From the NCBI GenBank assembly GCA_033549025.1, contig JAWSUS010000021.1:1-62571 (forward strand): DNA of 62,571 nucleotides, read 5' to 3'. The DNA is from Desulfuromonadales bacterium. Its GTDB lineage: Bacteria > Desulfobacterota > Desulfuromonadia > Desulfuromonadales > SZUA-540. The position numbers and the translations under genes were made by a program. Below the pieces are notes generated by a model that had not been told where the DNA came from, ran no database searches, and saw nothing but the letters and a program-made list of their open reading frames with translations. Positions 18,982 to 28,992 of this stretch are shown one piece after another; the first letter of the stretch is position 1; each line of letters opens with the position of its first letter.

Positions 18982-20168
18982 TGAAACTTGAAACGATTGC
19001 TTTCAATAACATCCGTCGTCGCAAGGGGCGCATGGCCTTTCTGCTGGCCGGCCTGCTGCTCGGCATCGGCACCGTGGTGACGCTGGTCTCTCTCTCTCGC
19101 TCACTGACGGCCGAAGCCCAGCACAAGCTGGAAAACTTCGGCGCCAATATCCTCATCACACCACGCAGCGACCAGCTTTCCCTCTCCTATGGCGGCGTCA
19201 GCCTGGGCGGGGTGACCGTGGAGGCGGAGGAAATTCGCCAGGATGATCTCGCCCTGCTCAAGACTATCCCCAACGCCCGCAACATCGCCGCCGTGGCTCC
19301 CAAACTGCTGGGTTCGGCCCGGGTCGGCTCGGAACGCGTCCTGCTGATGGGGGTGGATCCGGAGCTGGAGTTTGCCCTCAAGCGCTGGTGGTCGGTAAAG
19401 GGCGAGCCCCTTAAAAAGGACGACGAGGTGGTGGCGGGCAGCAGCGTGGCGCGGCGCCTTGATCTGCAGCCGGGTGACAAGGTCGAGCTGTACGGACGGC
19501 AGTTTACCGTCACCGGCATCCTCGAGCAGACCGGCGGCCAGGACGATCATCTGCTGTTGGCCCCGCTGGCCGTCGTCCAGCACCTGCTGCAGAAGCCGGG
19601 GATGATATCCCTGGTCGAGGTCGCCGCCCTCTGCGGGGACTGTCCCGTCGAGGACATGGTGCGGCAGATCAGCGCCGTCATGCCGGAGGTCGAAGTCAAT
19701 GCGCTGCAGCAGATCGTCAAGACCCGCATGCACGCGCTCGAACAGTTTGAGCTCTTTTCCTGGCTGGTCGCGGCCGTCGTTCTGCTGGTAGGCGCCCTGG
19801 TGGTCTTCGTCACCATGATGGGTGCGGTCAACGAACGCACGCGGGAGATCGGTATTTTTCGCGCGCTTGGTTTCCGCCGCAGTCATGTCATGCGTCTGAT
19901 TTTGGTGGAATCGGCCAGTGTCAGCCTGGTGGCCGGTATCCTGGGTTATCTGGCCGGGACGGCTGCCTCGCGAGCGGTGCTTCCCTTCTTTCGCGACGGC
20001 CACGGGGCCCAGGGCGCCCATGGTGAACATATGGATATGATCCTCTGGAGCCCTGAACTGGCGGTGGGTGCGGTGGTGCTGGCAGTGGTCGTCGGCTGTC
20101 TGGCCTCCTTTTATCCGGCCTTGCATGCCAGCCGCATGGACCCCAACGAGGCCCTCCGGGCTCTTTAA
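18981..20168 (+). CDS. ABC transporter permease (MacB/FtsX type)
   Basis: FGANILI, periplasmic domain with CGDC, VNERTREIGIFRALG, ASRMDPNEALR. Confidence 0.92.
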   Translation: MKLETIAFNNIRRRKGRMAFLLAGLLLGIGTVVTLVSLSRSLTAEAQHKLENFGANILITPRSDQLSLSYGGVSLGGVTVEAEEIRQDDLALLKTIPNARNIAAVAPKLLGSARVGSERVLLMGVDPELEFALKRWWSVKGEPLKKDDEVVAGSSVARRLDLQPGDKVELYGRQFTVTGILEQTGGQDDHLLLAPLAVVQHLLQKPGMISLVEVAALCGDCPVEDMVRQISAVMPEVEVNALQQIVKTRMHALEQFELFSWLVAAVVLLVGALVVFVTMMGAVNERTREIGIFRALGFRRSHVMRLILVESASVSLVAGILGYLAGTAASRAVLPFFRDGHGAQGAHGEHMDMILWSPELAVGAVVLAVVVGCLASFYPALHASRMDPNEALRAL

Positions 20169-20189
20169 CGCAGAAACAGAGGAGACATT

Positions 20190-20897
20190 ATGGCTCTTAT
20201 CCAGATACAGGATTTGGGGAAACGTTACGAGAGCGAGGGCGACTGCGTCGAGGCGCTGAAGAATGTTGACCTCACCATCGAAAAGGGGACTTTCCTCGGT
20301 GTCATGGGGGCGTCCGGTTCGGGGAAAAGCACTTTTCTGAGTCTGCTGGGCGGCCTCAGCAAGCCGAGCACCGGGGCGATTCACATCGACGGCATCGACA
20401 TCTACAGCCTTTCGGTGGAACGGCTGGCCGATTTTCGGCGGGAATACCTCGGGTTCGTCTTCCAGTCCTTCAACCTGGTTCCTTATCTGACCGCCATGGA
20501 AAACGTCATGCTGCCGCTGGCGGTAAAACCGCTTTCCAAGGCCAAGAAGGTGACCATGGTCGAAAAAGCGCTGGCGCAGGTCGGCCTCTCCCATCGTCAG
20601 CGGCACCTGCCCAACCAGCTCTCCGGCGGCGAGCAGGAGCGGGTCGCCATCGCCCGTGCGCTGGTCAACGAGCCGCCGCTCATTCTGGCCGATGAACCGA
20701 CCGGCAGCCTTGATTCGGAAACGAGTCGAAGCATCATGCAACTTTTTGCCGACCTCAATGCGGCCGGCCAGACCATTATCATGGTCACCCACAATATCGA
20801 AAATATCGACTACTTCGACCGGACCATTCATCTGCGGGACGGCCGGATTGTCGAGGATCGTCCCCGGCGATTCAACGGGCAGAAGAAGGCGGTCTGA
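20190..20897 (+). CDS. ABC transporter ATP-binding protein (LolD/MacB type)
   Basis: [29 protein letters not shown]. Confidence 0.95.
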   Translation: MALIQIQDLGKRYESEGDCVEALKNVDLTIEKGTFLGVMGASGSGKSTFLSLLGGLSKPSTGAIHIDGIDIYSLSVERLADFRREYLGFVFQSFNLVPYLTAMENVMLPLAVKPLSKAKKVTMVEKALAQVGLSHRQRHLPNQLSGGEQERVAIARALVNEPPLILADEPTGSLDSETSRSIMQLFADLNAAGQTIIMVTHNIENIDYFDRTIHLRDGRIVEDRPRRFNGQKKAV

Positions 20898-20904
20898 AGA
20901 CACC

Positions 20905-21186
20905 ATGATGCTTCTCTTCTTGCTGCTTTTCGCCTTTCTCGCCCTGGCGGTTGTCCGACAGGTGGAGCGCCTCGATACGGAGCCTGATCCGCCAGTCGGC
21001 CATTGCCCCGGTTGTGGGAACAACGTGGAGGCGGATTGGATGATCTGCCCGCGCTGCAAGGAACTTCTGCAGAACGTCTGCCCGGGGTGCGGCAGAAGCC
21101 TGCCGGTCTACCACCGCTTCTGTGCCGATTGCGGGACGCCGCGGGCCAAAGACTTCGGGGGAGGGCAGCATGAGCAAAAAAGTTAA
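20905..21186 (+). CDS. membrane-anchored double zinc-ribbon protein
   Basis: N-terminal TM; CPGC, CPRC, CPGC, CADC. Confidence 0.8.
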   Translation: MMLLFLLLFAFLALAVVRQVERLDTEPDPPVGHCPGCGNNVEADWMICPRCKELLQNVCPGCGRSLPVYHRFCADCGTPRAKDFGGGQHEQKS

Positions 21187-21472
21187 AGGGGTGCTGCTGC
21201 TTTCGGCTGCCGCCGTCGCTGTGGTGCTGATCTACAATATCTGGTCCTACAGCTGCGGTCACTGTACCTTTCGCTCCATGATGACTCTGGGTACGCCGGG
21301 CTATCTGCTGCTCCAGATAAACGCCGCCCTGCTGGCGTCCCTGGTGATCCTGAAGCTGCTGTCGACCCTGCAGACGCGTAAAAGGCGGTGCTCCTGTGGT
21401 GAGCGCCTGCTGCCGGGCTGGCATTATTGCCCTGCCTGCGGGAATAAAGCAGGATGCCAGAGAGGTCTGTGA
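21170..21472 (+). CDS. 2-TM zinc-ribbon protein
   Basis: CGHC in the loop between TMs; CSC...CPAC; GGAGG RBS. Confidence 0.7.
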   Translation: MSKKVKGVLLLSAAAVAVVLIYNIWSYSCGHCTFRSMMTLGTPGYLLLQINAALLASLVILKLLSTLQTRKRRCSCGERLLPGWHYCPACGNKAGCQRGL

Positions 21473-21498
21473 CCGGGGTGTTACGGGAGAGCGCGGTT

Positions 21499-22638
21499 AT
21501 GACGGACGGGTTAGGGAGCTTGCTGAGAGAAGGACGTTGGCGCTGGGCTGTGCTTCTGGGGCTGGTGGCTGCCATCTCGCTCGGCCACTATCTGGTGAAT
21601 GTCGACCAGCACCATTATCATGACATTTTCCGCCGCAGCTACTACCTGCCCATCATCCTGGCGGGTCTGTGGTTCCAGTTGCGGGGCGGACTGGCGGTTG
21701 CCATTCTGGTTTCCGTGGTCTACGCTCCTCATGTGGTCTTCCAGTGGGGGGCCCACCCCGAAGCGCAATGGGAGCAGTACCTGGAAATTCTGCTCTATCA
21801 TGTCATCGGGGGCGTGACCGGCCTGCTGTCCCTCAAAGAGCGGTCGCAGCGATTCAAACTGGAAAAAACGGCCCAGCGGCTTAACGAGAGCTATCAGAAA
21901 CTCGTGGACCAGGCCAGCCAGATTCTCACCTTCGAAGAGCAGCTCGTGCGCGCCTCCCGCTCCACCGCCCTGGTAGAACTGGCGGCCGGGCTGGCTCATG
22001 AGATCCGCAATCCTCTCGGGTCGATTCGCGGTACCGCGGAAATTCTCAAGGATGAGACAATCAGCTCTGCGCAGCGCGGCGAATTCGCCGACATTCTGCT
22101 GCGTGAGGTGGACCGCATGAACCAGGTTGTCACCGATTTTCTCCAGTTCGCCAGGCCGGTCGATCTCGGTAAAAAATCGTGCGACCTCAATGCCCTTCTG
22201 CAGGAACTTGTGCTTTTTACCGCGGGGGAATGTCAGCGCGCGAAGATATCCGTCCGGTTTGACCCGGGCGATATGCCTTTGGTGCCGGTCGACTCCGAAC
22301 AGATTCGCCAGGTTTTTCTGAATATTCTCCTCAATGCGGTCCAGGCCATGGCCGGTGGCGGTGCCTTGCGTATTGCCACGCATCGGCTCGATGACAGCCT
22401 CGTTGTGCGTTTTATCGACAATGGCCCCGGCATCGCTCAGGAGCTCCTGCCCAAAATCTTCAATCCCTTCTTCACGACCAAGCAGACCGGCACCGGCCTC
22501 GGCCTGGCCATTTCCCAGCGCATCATCCAGGTCCATGGTGGCCGTATCAATGTGGCAAGCCGGGTAGGGCAGGGGACAACCTTTGAAGTACAACTCCCCT
22601 TAGGAGACGAGACGTCTTCAGGTTCTGCCGCCGGATAA
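21499..22638 (+). CDS. sensor histidine kinase (NtrB/ZraS-like) with His-rich membrane sensor
   Basis: QHHYHDIFRR in the TM region, AHEIRNPL, NILLNA, DNGPG, FFTTK, GTGLGL. Confidence 0.9.
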   Translation: MTDGLGSLLREGRWRWAVLLGLVAAISLGHYLVNVDQHHYHDIFRRSYYLPIILAGLWFQLRGGLAVAILVSVVYAPHVVFQWGAHPEAQWEQYLEILLYHVIGGVTGLLSLKERSQRFKLEKTAQRLNESYQKLVDQASQILTFEEQLVRASRSTALVELAAGLAHEIRNPLGSIRGTAEILKDETISSAQRGEFADILLREVDRMNQVVTDFLQFARPVDLGKKSCDLNALLQELVLFTAGECQRAKISVRFDPGDMPLVPVDSEQIRQVFLNILLNAVQAMAGGGALRIATHRLDDSLVVRFIDNGPGIAQELLPKIFNPFFTTKQTGTGLGLAISQRIIQVHGGRINVASRVGQGTTFEVQLPLGDETSSGSAAG

Positions 22639-22884
22639 TCCGCCCCTCGTTTCCCCTGCGCAAATCCCCCTGTTTTTCCGTCTTATTTTCATCATCCTTC
22701 CGGTGCAAATCCTTTTTGGCAAGATAGAAAAACTCTCCTGGCAGTACATCCATATTGATCATAAACTTTTTAGGATATGTCGATAAGGGGTTAAAAAATG
22801 ACGGAAATAAAAACACACCAAAAAAATGTTAAAACATTAAAAATAAAAAAACACTACAAAGATGTATTTTTTTTAAATTAAAAG

Positions 22885-22913
22885 TTGACAAAATTTATAA
22901 ACAAAAATAGAGT
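22885..22913 (+). promoter_or_regulatory. sigma70 promoter of cysK
   Basis: TTGACA-17 nt-TAGAGT in an AT-rich intergenic region. Confidence 0.7.
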
Positions 22914-22986
22914 GACCAAAACGGAGCAAAGGATTTTTATTTGATATTCTTTGGAAGAAATCCCTCATCGTAGAAAGGAGCAGCCC

Positions 22987-23940
22987 ATGTCCCGCATTTA
23001 TTCCGACAACAGCCTGTCCATAGGCCAGACGCCTCTGGTGCGCCTGCAGCGCCTGGCCCCCGAAGGTGTGACCATTCTCGCCAAAATTGAGGGGCGCAAC
23101 CCGGCCTATTCGGTCAAATGCCGCATCGGCGCCGCCATGATCTGGGACGCGGAAAAGAAGGAACTGCTCGGGCCCGGCAAGGAAATCGTCGAGCCGACCA
23201 GCGGCAACACCGGCATCGCCCTGGCTTTTGTGGCAGCGGCGCGGGGCATCCCCATTACGCTGACCATGCCGGAGACCATGAGCCTGGAGCGGCGCAAGGT
23301 CCTCAAGGCCTTTGGTGCCAACCTGGTACTCACCCCGGGGGCCAAGGGGATGGGTGGGGCCATCGCCGCAGCTGAGGAACTGGCGGCTTCCGATCCCAAT
23401 CGCTATGTGCTGCTGCACCAGTTCAAGAATCCGGCTAATCCGGCCATCCACGAGCAGACCACCGGGCCTGAAATCTGGCAGGATAGTGACGGCGCCATCG
23501 ACATTCTGGTTGCCGGCGTTGGCACCGGCGGCACCATTACCGGCGTCTCGCGCTACATCAAGAAGACGGCAGGGAAGCCGATCCTGTCCGTCGCCGTCGA
23601 GCCGGTCGAGTCGCCGGTCATCAGCCAGAAGCTGGCCGGTGAAACGCTGCAGCCCGGTCCCCATAAGATTCAGGGCATCGGGGCCGGCTTTATTCCGGAC
23701 ACCCTGGACCTGGACCTGGTCGATCAGGTGGAGCAGGTCAGCAACGATGAAGCCATCGCTTTTGCCCGTCGCCTGGCCCTGGAGGAAGGGATTCTTTCCG
23801 GCATCTCCTGTGGGGCCGCTGTAGCCGCCGCCGTCCGCCTCGCTTCTCGCCCGGAGCAGCAAGGCAAGACCCTGGTGGTGATCCTGCCCGATTCGGGCGA
23901 GCGTTATCTTTCCAGCGTTCTTTTCGAGGATATAGCGTAG
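22987..23940 (+). CDS. cysK: cysteine synthase A
   Basis: [42 protein letters not shown]. Confidence 0.96.
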   Translation: MSRIYSDNSLSIGQTPLVRLQRLAPEGVTILAKIEGRNPAYSVKCRIGAAMIWDAEKKELLGPGKEIVEPTSGNTGIALAFVAAARGIPITLTMPETMSLERRKVLKAFGANLVLTPGAKGMGGAIAAAEELAASDPNRYVLLHQFKNPANPAIHEQTTGPEIWQDSDGAIDILVAGVGTGGTITGVSRYIKKTAGKPILSVAVEPVESPVISQKLAGETLQPGPHKIQGIGAGFIPDTLDLDLVDQVEQVSNDEAIAFARRLALEEGILSGISCGAAVAAAVRLASRPEQQGKTLVVILPDSGERYLSSVLFEDIA

Positions 23941-23970
23941 GGTGGGGTTGATGGTTCTTGATAAAAACAG

Positions 23971-23999
23971 TTGACAAAATAGGCTCGATTATTTAGAGT
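23971..23999 (+). promoter_or_regulatory. sigma70 promoter upstream of the SAM riboswitch
   Basis: TTGACA-17 nt-TAGAGT. Confidence 0.7.
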
Positions 24000-24018
24000 T
24001 CACCCCAACGCAGCAGCG

Positions 24019-24143
24019 TCTTTATCACGAGTGGTGGAGGGACAGGCCCGACGAAACCACAGCAACCGGTCCGCAGGTGCGGATGCCAGGTGCTAAATCC
24101 TGCCTGCCGTATGCCATAGCGGATGCGGCCGGAAAGATGAGGA
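24019..24143 (+). ncRNA. SAM-I (S-box) riboswitch
   Basis: TTATCACGAG-TGGTGGAGGGACAGGCCCGACGAAACC-AGCAACC...GGTGCTAAATCC...AAGATGAG; upstream of methionine genes. Confidence 0.93.
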
Positions 24144-24182
24144 CGGTGCTTCCCGGTAATCCGTCCCTTTGACTGTTCCGGC

Positions 24183-24220
24183 GAAGCCCCTTCTCATCCC
24201 CGAGAGAAGGGGCTTTTTCT
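24183..24220 (+). terminator. riboswitch expression-platform terminator
   Basis: AAGCCCCTTCTC...GAGAAGGGGCTTTTT. Confidence 0.85.
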
Positions 24221-24253
24221 ATGCAGCCCACAGACCTTGACGAGGGATGACCT

Positions 24254-25411
24254 ATGAATTCAGCAAACGCCAACTGGACCGTCGAGAGCACCCTGGTGCA
24301 GGTCGGCGTCGGCCGCGACGAAGCGACCGGCGGCCTGAGCTTTCCCATCTACCCGAGCGCCACTTACCGTCATCCGGCCCTGGGTGAAAGTACGGGCTAT
24401 GACTACACCCGCTCCGGCAACCCCACCCGCCAGGCGCTGGAAGAGGCCGTCGCCCAGCTTGAGGGGGGTGCCCGCGGGCTGGCCTTCGCCTCGGGGATGG
24501 CGGCGCTGACCACGCTTCTGCTCCACTTCTCGGCCGGGGACCATCTGCTCGTCTCCCGCGACCTCTACGGCGGCACCTATCGCCTGCTCGACCAGATCTT
24601 CGCCAAGTTCGGGCTGGACGTCTCCTATGTCGATGGCACCGACCGTGACGCCGTCGAGGCGGCCCTGCGCCCGCACAGCAGGGCGCTTCTCATCGAAACG
24701 CCGGGAAACCCGCTGCTCGGCGTCGCCGACCTGACGAAACTGGGCGCCCTCTGTCGCGCCCACGACCTGCTTTTCATCGTCGACAACACCTTTTTGACCC
24801 CGGTACTGCAGCGCCCCTTCGATTTTGGCGCCGACATTACCGTCTATTCGGCCACCAAGTACCTCGGCGGTCACAACGATCTCTGTGCCGGTTTGCTGGT
24901 GGCGCGCACCGCCGAACTGGGCGAGCGCCTCTACTTCCTGCAGAATTCCACCGGCGGCGTGCTGCCGCCGCAGGACTGCTGGCTGTTGCTGCGCTCTTTG
25001 AAGACGCTCCCCCTGCGGCTGGAACGCCACAACGCCAATGCGCAGGAAGTGGCGGTCTGGCTGCAGCGGCATCCGGCCGTCACCGCCGTCTACTATCCGG
25101 GACTGGCGGTGCATCCGGGCCATGCGGTGGCCAAACGGCAAAGCCGCGGCTTCGGCGGCATGCTCTCCTTCCGCGTCGGAACGCCGGATAAAGCCGCCCA
25201 GGTGCTGCAGCGGCTGCAGTTGATCTCTTTTGCCGAAAGCCTCGGCGGCGTCGAGTCGCTGATGACTCTGCCGGCGGTGCAGACCCATGCCGATATTCCG
25301 GAAGCGGATCGTCTGCGGCTGGGTATCTGCGGATCCCTGCTGCGATTGTCGGTAGGGATTGAAAGTGTCTGTGATATTCTGGCCGACCTGGAACAGGCCT
25401 TGAGTGATTGA
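24254..25411 (+). CDS. metB: cystathionine gamma-synthase (Cys/Met PLP family)
   Basis: YDYTRSGNPT, FASGMAA, DNTF, SATKYLGGH; SAM-riboswitch controlled; paralog assignment inferred. Confidence 0.78.
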   Translation: MNSANANWTVESTLVQVGVGRDEATGGLSFPIYPSATYRHPALGESTGYDYTRSGNPTRQALEEAVAQLEGGARGLAFASGMAALTTLLLHFSAGDHLLVSRDLYGGTYRLLDQIFAKFGLDVSYVDGTDRDAVEAALRPHSRALLIETPGNPLLGVADLTKLGALCRAHDLLFIVDNTFLTPVLQRPFDFGADITVYSATKYLGGHNDLCAGLLVARTAELGERLYFLQNSTGGVLPPQDCWLLLRSLKTLPLRLERHNANAQEVAVWLQRHPAVTAVYYPGLAVHPGHAVAKRQSRGFGGMLSFRVGTPDKAAQVLQRLQLISFAESLGGVESLMTLPAVQTHADIPEADRLRLGICGSLLRLSVGIESVCDILADLEQALSD

Positions 25412-25450
25412 GGAACATCTGCTGACGATTAACTGCAAAGGAATTCCACC

Positions 25451-26599
25451 ATGACGCAGCCCCATCATTACCGTACTGCGACCCTGCTGGTTCACCAGGG
25501 CCATGACCGCGATCCGGCCACCGGCGCCGCCGCCATCCCCATCTACAATGCCTCGACCTACCACCATCCGGGCGGGCAGGGGGGGACTTACGACTATTCC
25601 CGCAGCGGCAATCCCAGCCGTCAGCAGGTGGAGGACGCCATCGCCCTGCTCGAAGGCGGCGTCCGCGGCTTTGCCTACGCCTCCGGCATGGCGGCTATTG
25701 CCGGCGCCCTGTCGCTGCTCAAAAGCGGCGACCATCTGCTGGCGCCTCTTGACCTCTACGGCGGCAGCTACCGTTATCTGAGCCAGGTGCTGCCCCAGCA
25801 GGGCATCACCGTCGATTTTGTCGACACTACCCGACTGGAGCAGATCGAAGCGGCCATCCGGCCCTCCACCCGCGCCATCTTTCTGGAGACGCCCTCCAAT
25901 CCCCTCTTCACCATTACCGACCTGCGCGGGGTCGCCGAACTGGCCCGGGACCGGGGGCTGCTGACGATTCTCGACAACACCTTCATGACGCCCCTGCTGC
26001 AGAAGCCCCTGGCTCTGGGCATTGACATCGCCGTGCACAGCGCCACCAAGTTTCTGGGTGGGCACTCGGACCTGCTGGCCGGGCTGGCCACCACCGCCGA
26101 CCCCGAACTGGCTGGTCGTCTCAAGCACTACCAGAATGCCAGCGGCAATGTCCTCTCCCCCTTCGATTCCTTCCTGCTGTCTCGGGGCATCAAGACTCTG
26201 GGCGTGCGCCTGCAGGCGGGACAGCGAAGCGCGGGGATTCTCGCCGAGCGTCTGCGCAGCCATGCCGCAGTGGCCGCCGTCTACTACCCGGGACTGGACG
26301 ATTTTGGCGCCAAAACCCTGCACGAGGCCCAAGCCTCGGGGCCCGGAGCGGTCCTCTCCTTTGAATTGAAGGCTGCGGAGGCGGTGCAGCCGCTGCTGAA
26401 CACCATCCGCCTGCCGATCATCGCCCCGAGCCTGGGGGGAGTCGAGACCATCCTGACCCACTGCTGGAGCATGTCCCACGCGGCCATTCCGGCCCCGGTG
26501 AAGGAGCGCCTCGGTATCCGTCCCACCCTGCTGCGTCTGTCCGTCGGCCTCGAGGATGTCGAGGATCTGTGGGACGATCTGGCGGCGGCGCTGGGGTAG
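25451..26599 (+). CDS. metC: cystathionine beta-lyase (Cys/Met PLP family)
   Basis: YDYSRSGNP, HSATKFLGGHSD, SLGGVET, MSHA; second gene of the tandem pair. Confidence 0.75.
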   Translation: MTQPHHYRTATLLVHQGHDRDPATGAAAIPIYNASTYHHPGGQGGTYDYSRSGNPSRQQVEDAIALLEGGVRGFAYASGMAAIAGALSLLKSGDHLLAPLDLYGGSYRYLSQVLPQQGITVDFVDTTRLEQIEAAIRPSTRAIFLETPSNPLFTITDLRGVAELARDRGLLTILDNTFMTPLLQKPLALGIDIAVHSATKFLGGHSDLLAGLATTADPELAGRLKHYQNASGNVLSPFDSFLLSRGIKTLGVRLQAGQRSAGILAERLRSHAAVAAVYYPGLDDFGAKTLHEAQASGPGAVLSFELKAAEAVQPLLNTIRLPIIAPSLGGVETILTHCWSMSHAAIPAPVKERLGIRPTLLRLSVGLEDVEDLWDDLAAALG

Positions 26600-26623
26600 C
26601 CGCAGAGACTTCCGCAGCAACGA

Positions 26624-26662
26624 CAAAGGGCCACCCGACGGGAATGTCGGAGTGGCCCTTTG
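26624..26662. terminator. terminator hairpin between convergent genes
   Basis: CAAAGGGCCAC-CCGAC...GTCGG-AGTGGCCCTTTG. Confidence 0.7.
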
Positions 26663-26709
26663 TCTTATCCAGCAGGGGCTGTCGTCAGGGACAGCCCCTT
26701 TTCTTCACA

Positions 26710-28332
26710 TTACTTGCCAAGAATGGCTTTGAGATCTTCCTCGGCCGTGGTGATGGGGCCGATGTTGTAGTTCTCGACCAGGAAGTTCAGCACGTTCGGC
26801 GTGACGAAAGCCGGCAGGGACGGACCGATCTTGATGTTCTTGATGCCCAGGTGCAGCAGGGTCAGCAGGATGGCCACCGCCTTCTGCTCGTACCAGGAGA
26901 GCACCAGGGACAGGGGCAGGTCATTGACGCCGCACTCGAAGGCGTTGGCCAGGGCCACGGCAACCTGGATGGCGCTGTAGGCGTCGTTGCACTGACCGAC
27001 GTCGAGCAGACGGGGAATGCCGCCGATGTCGCCGAGGTCGAGCTTGTTGAAGCGGTACTTGCCGCAGGCCAGGGTCAGGATGACGGTGTCCTTGGGGGCC
27101 TTCTCGGCAAACTCGGTGTAGTAGTTACGGCCCGACTTGGCGCCGTCGCAGCCGCCGACCAGGAAGAAGTGCTTGATGTCACCGCCCTTGACGGCCTCGA
27201 TGACCTTGTCGGCGACGCCGAGGATGGCGTTGTGGCCGAAACCGGTGAGGATTTCCTGTCCGGGGTTGTCCTCGAAACCGTCACACTCCTGCGCCTTCTT
27301 GATGACTTCCGAGAAATCCCAGCCGTCGACGTGCTTGACGCCGGGCCACTGGACCAGACCCCAGGTGAAGAGACGGTCCTTGTAGCTCTCGGCCGGCTTC
27401 TGGATGCAGTTGGTGTTGAAGATGATGGCGCCGGGGAACTGGGCGAACTCTTTGTGCTGGTCCTGCCAGGCGCCGCCGAAGTTGCCGACCAGGTGCGCGT
27501 ACTTCTTCAGGCCGGGGTAGCCGTGAGCGGGCAGCATCTCGCCGTGGGTGTAGATGTTGACGCCGGTCCCTTCGGTCTGCTTGAGGAGCTCTTCGAGGAA
27601 CTTCAGGTCGTGGCCGGAAACCAGGATGGCCTTGCCGGCCTTGGTGCCGAGCTGAACCGGGGTCGGCACGGGATGGCCGTAGGCCTCCACATGGGCCTGG
27701 TTGAGCAGCTCCATGGTCACATAGTTGATGCGACCGGTCTCCAGAGCCAGACCGACGTTGGCGGTAAGGTCGAGGCTGTCGTCGAGCAGGGCGGCCAGGG
27801 CCTTGTGGGTGAAGGCGTAGATCTCATCCGATTCCTTGCCGAGGATGCGGGCATGGTCGGCATAGGCGGCGTAGCCCTTGATGCCGTAAACAATCAGTTC
27901 GCGGACGGAATGGACGTCTTCATTGACGGTATAATCCTTGACGCCATGCAGCTGACCGAGCTTGACCTGCTCATCGATGGCAGCGGGCAGAGCCCAGTTC
28001 TGGGCGGCGGCGGGAATGGGGCCTTCGACCTGGCCGGCGAGGGCACGGGCCTTGTCGCGCAGACGGACGCCCTCGGCCACCAGCTTGGAGACGGCTTCGG
28101 CATCGAAGTCGACGTTGGTGACGGTGGTGAAGAGGCCGTCGATCATGAAGCGGTCGATCTCCTGGTCCTTCTTGCCCTGAACGCGGGCCTTGTCGGCCCA
28201 GAAGGCCACCCCTTTGAGGGTGTAGACGAGCAGGTCCTGCAAGGCGGCGACGTCGGGCTTCTTGCCGCAGACGCCGACAACGGTGCAGCCTCCATTGGCG
28301 GCTTGTTCACACTGGTAACAGAACATTGACAT
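26710..28332 (-). CDS. hcp: hybrid cluster protein (hydroxylamine reductase)
   Basis: MFCYQCEQ..GCTVVGVCGK, YTHGEMLPAH, VGGCDG, GQCNDAYS, SWYEQKAV; AAGGAG RBS; alternative start 28407. Confidence 0.96.
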   Translation of the reverse strand: MSMFCYQCEQAANGGCTVVGVCGKKPDVAALQDLLVYTLKGVAFWADKARVQGKKDQEIDRFMIDGLFTTVTNVDFDAEAVSKLVAEGVRLRDKARALAGQVEGPIPAAAQNWALPAAIDEQVKLGQLHGVKDYTVNEDVHSVRELIVYGIKGYAAYADHARILGKESDEIYAFTHKALAALLDDSLDLTANVGLALETGRINYVTMELLNQAHVEAYGHPVPTPVQLGTKAGKAILVSGHDLKFLEELLKQTEGTGVNIYTHGEMLPAHGYPGLKKYAHLVGNFGGAWQDQHKEFAQFPGAIIFNTNCIQKPAESYKDRLFTWGLVQWPGVKHVDGWDFSEVIKKAQECDGFEDNPGQEILTGFGHNAILGVADKVIEAVKGGDIKHFFLVGGCDGAKSGRNYYTEFAEKAPKDTVILTLACGKYRFNKLDLGDIGGIPRLLDVGQCNDAYSAIQVAVALANAFECGVNDLPLSLVLSWYEQKAVAILLTLLHLGIKNIKIGPSLPAFVTPNVLNFLVENYNIGPITTAEEDLKAILGK

Positions 28333-28516
28333 GGCATTCTCCTTTGTTGAGTGTTGAGTGGCTTGAGATTCCTTTTTGCCAAATCCTAAAAAATCCATGA
28401 TTCCCATGATGGTCTTTCCCTTTCTGTGAGAGATTGTATGAGCGATGAACCTGACTAGCGGTTCCGGTTTTTCCTGAAGATGGTCCCGACTATAGGCGAG
28501 GTGGCCGGGACAAAAC

Positions 28517-28530
28517 ATGACCCAGGTCAA
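28517..28530. promoter_or_regulatory. HcpR/FNR-like binding site upstream of hcp
   Basis: ATGAC-CCAG-GTCAA matches TTGAC-N4-GTCAA with one mismatch. Confidence 0.6.
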
Positions 28531-28652
28531 ATTCGGATATTTTTTGTGATTTTTTTATCAAGGCATCTTGTCATCTTGAGATGCCAATAAAAACTAGTAA
28601 TTTAGAAGACTTGGATTTGTAGATGGAAAAAGGGGAGGGCTGGAGGATGTGG

Positions 28653-28904
28653 TCAGCGCAGGGGCTCAAAGAGAAATTCGAGGCCGTTGACCTTGATTTC
28701 ATAGACAGCGCGCAGGCGGCGGCCAAGGAGGCCTGCCGGAAACCCCTGGCCGGCCATCCACACCACATAGGGTTCGGGCAGGTCGATCAGACGCCAGCCG
28801 GCATACCTGCCGAAGGGCATGCGCATGGCCGCCAGTTCCAGGAGTTCCTGGTGGTCGAAAGATGACCCGGGAGGGGCCTGGTCTGGATTGGCGTTTGGAG
28901 ACAA
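28653..28904 (-). CDS. DUF3820 family protein
   Basis: MPFGRYAG..LIDLPEPY..W..GFP..EIKVNGL; start uncertain. Confidence 0.8.
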   Translation of the reverse strand: MSPNANPDQAPPGSSFDHQELLELAAMRMPFGRYAGWRLIDLPEPYVVWMAGQGFPAGLLGRRLRAVYEIKVNGLEFLFEPLR

Positions 28905-28992
28905 GGGTAAGGACTCTCTGGTCAGGACCGACCTCGGCGGGACTGACCCCGCCCCGGGAAAATATCGTCGGGGCAGGGTCATCAAGGAGAAA

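Noticed and set aside
22987..26599. Functional link between the SAM/Cys/Met genes and hgcAB
   Set aside because: More than 20 kb apart with unrelated genes between; ordinary biosynthetic locus
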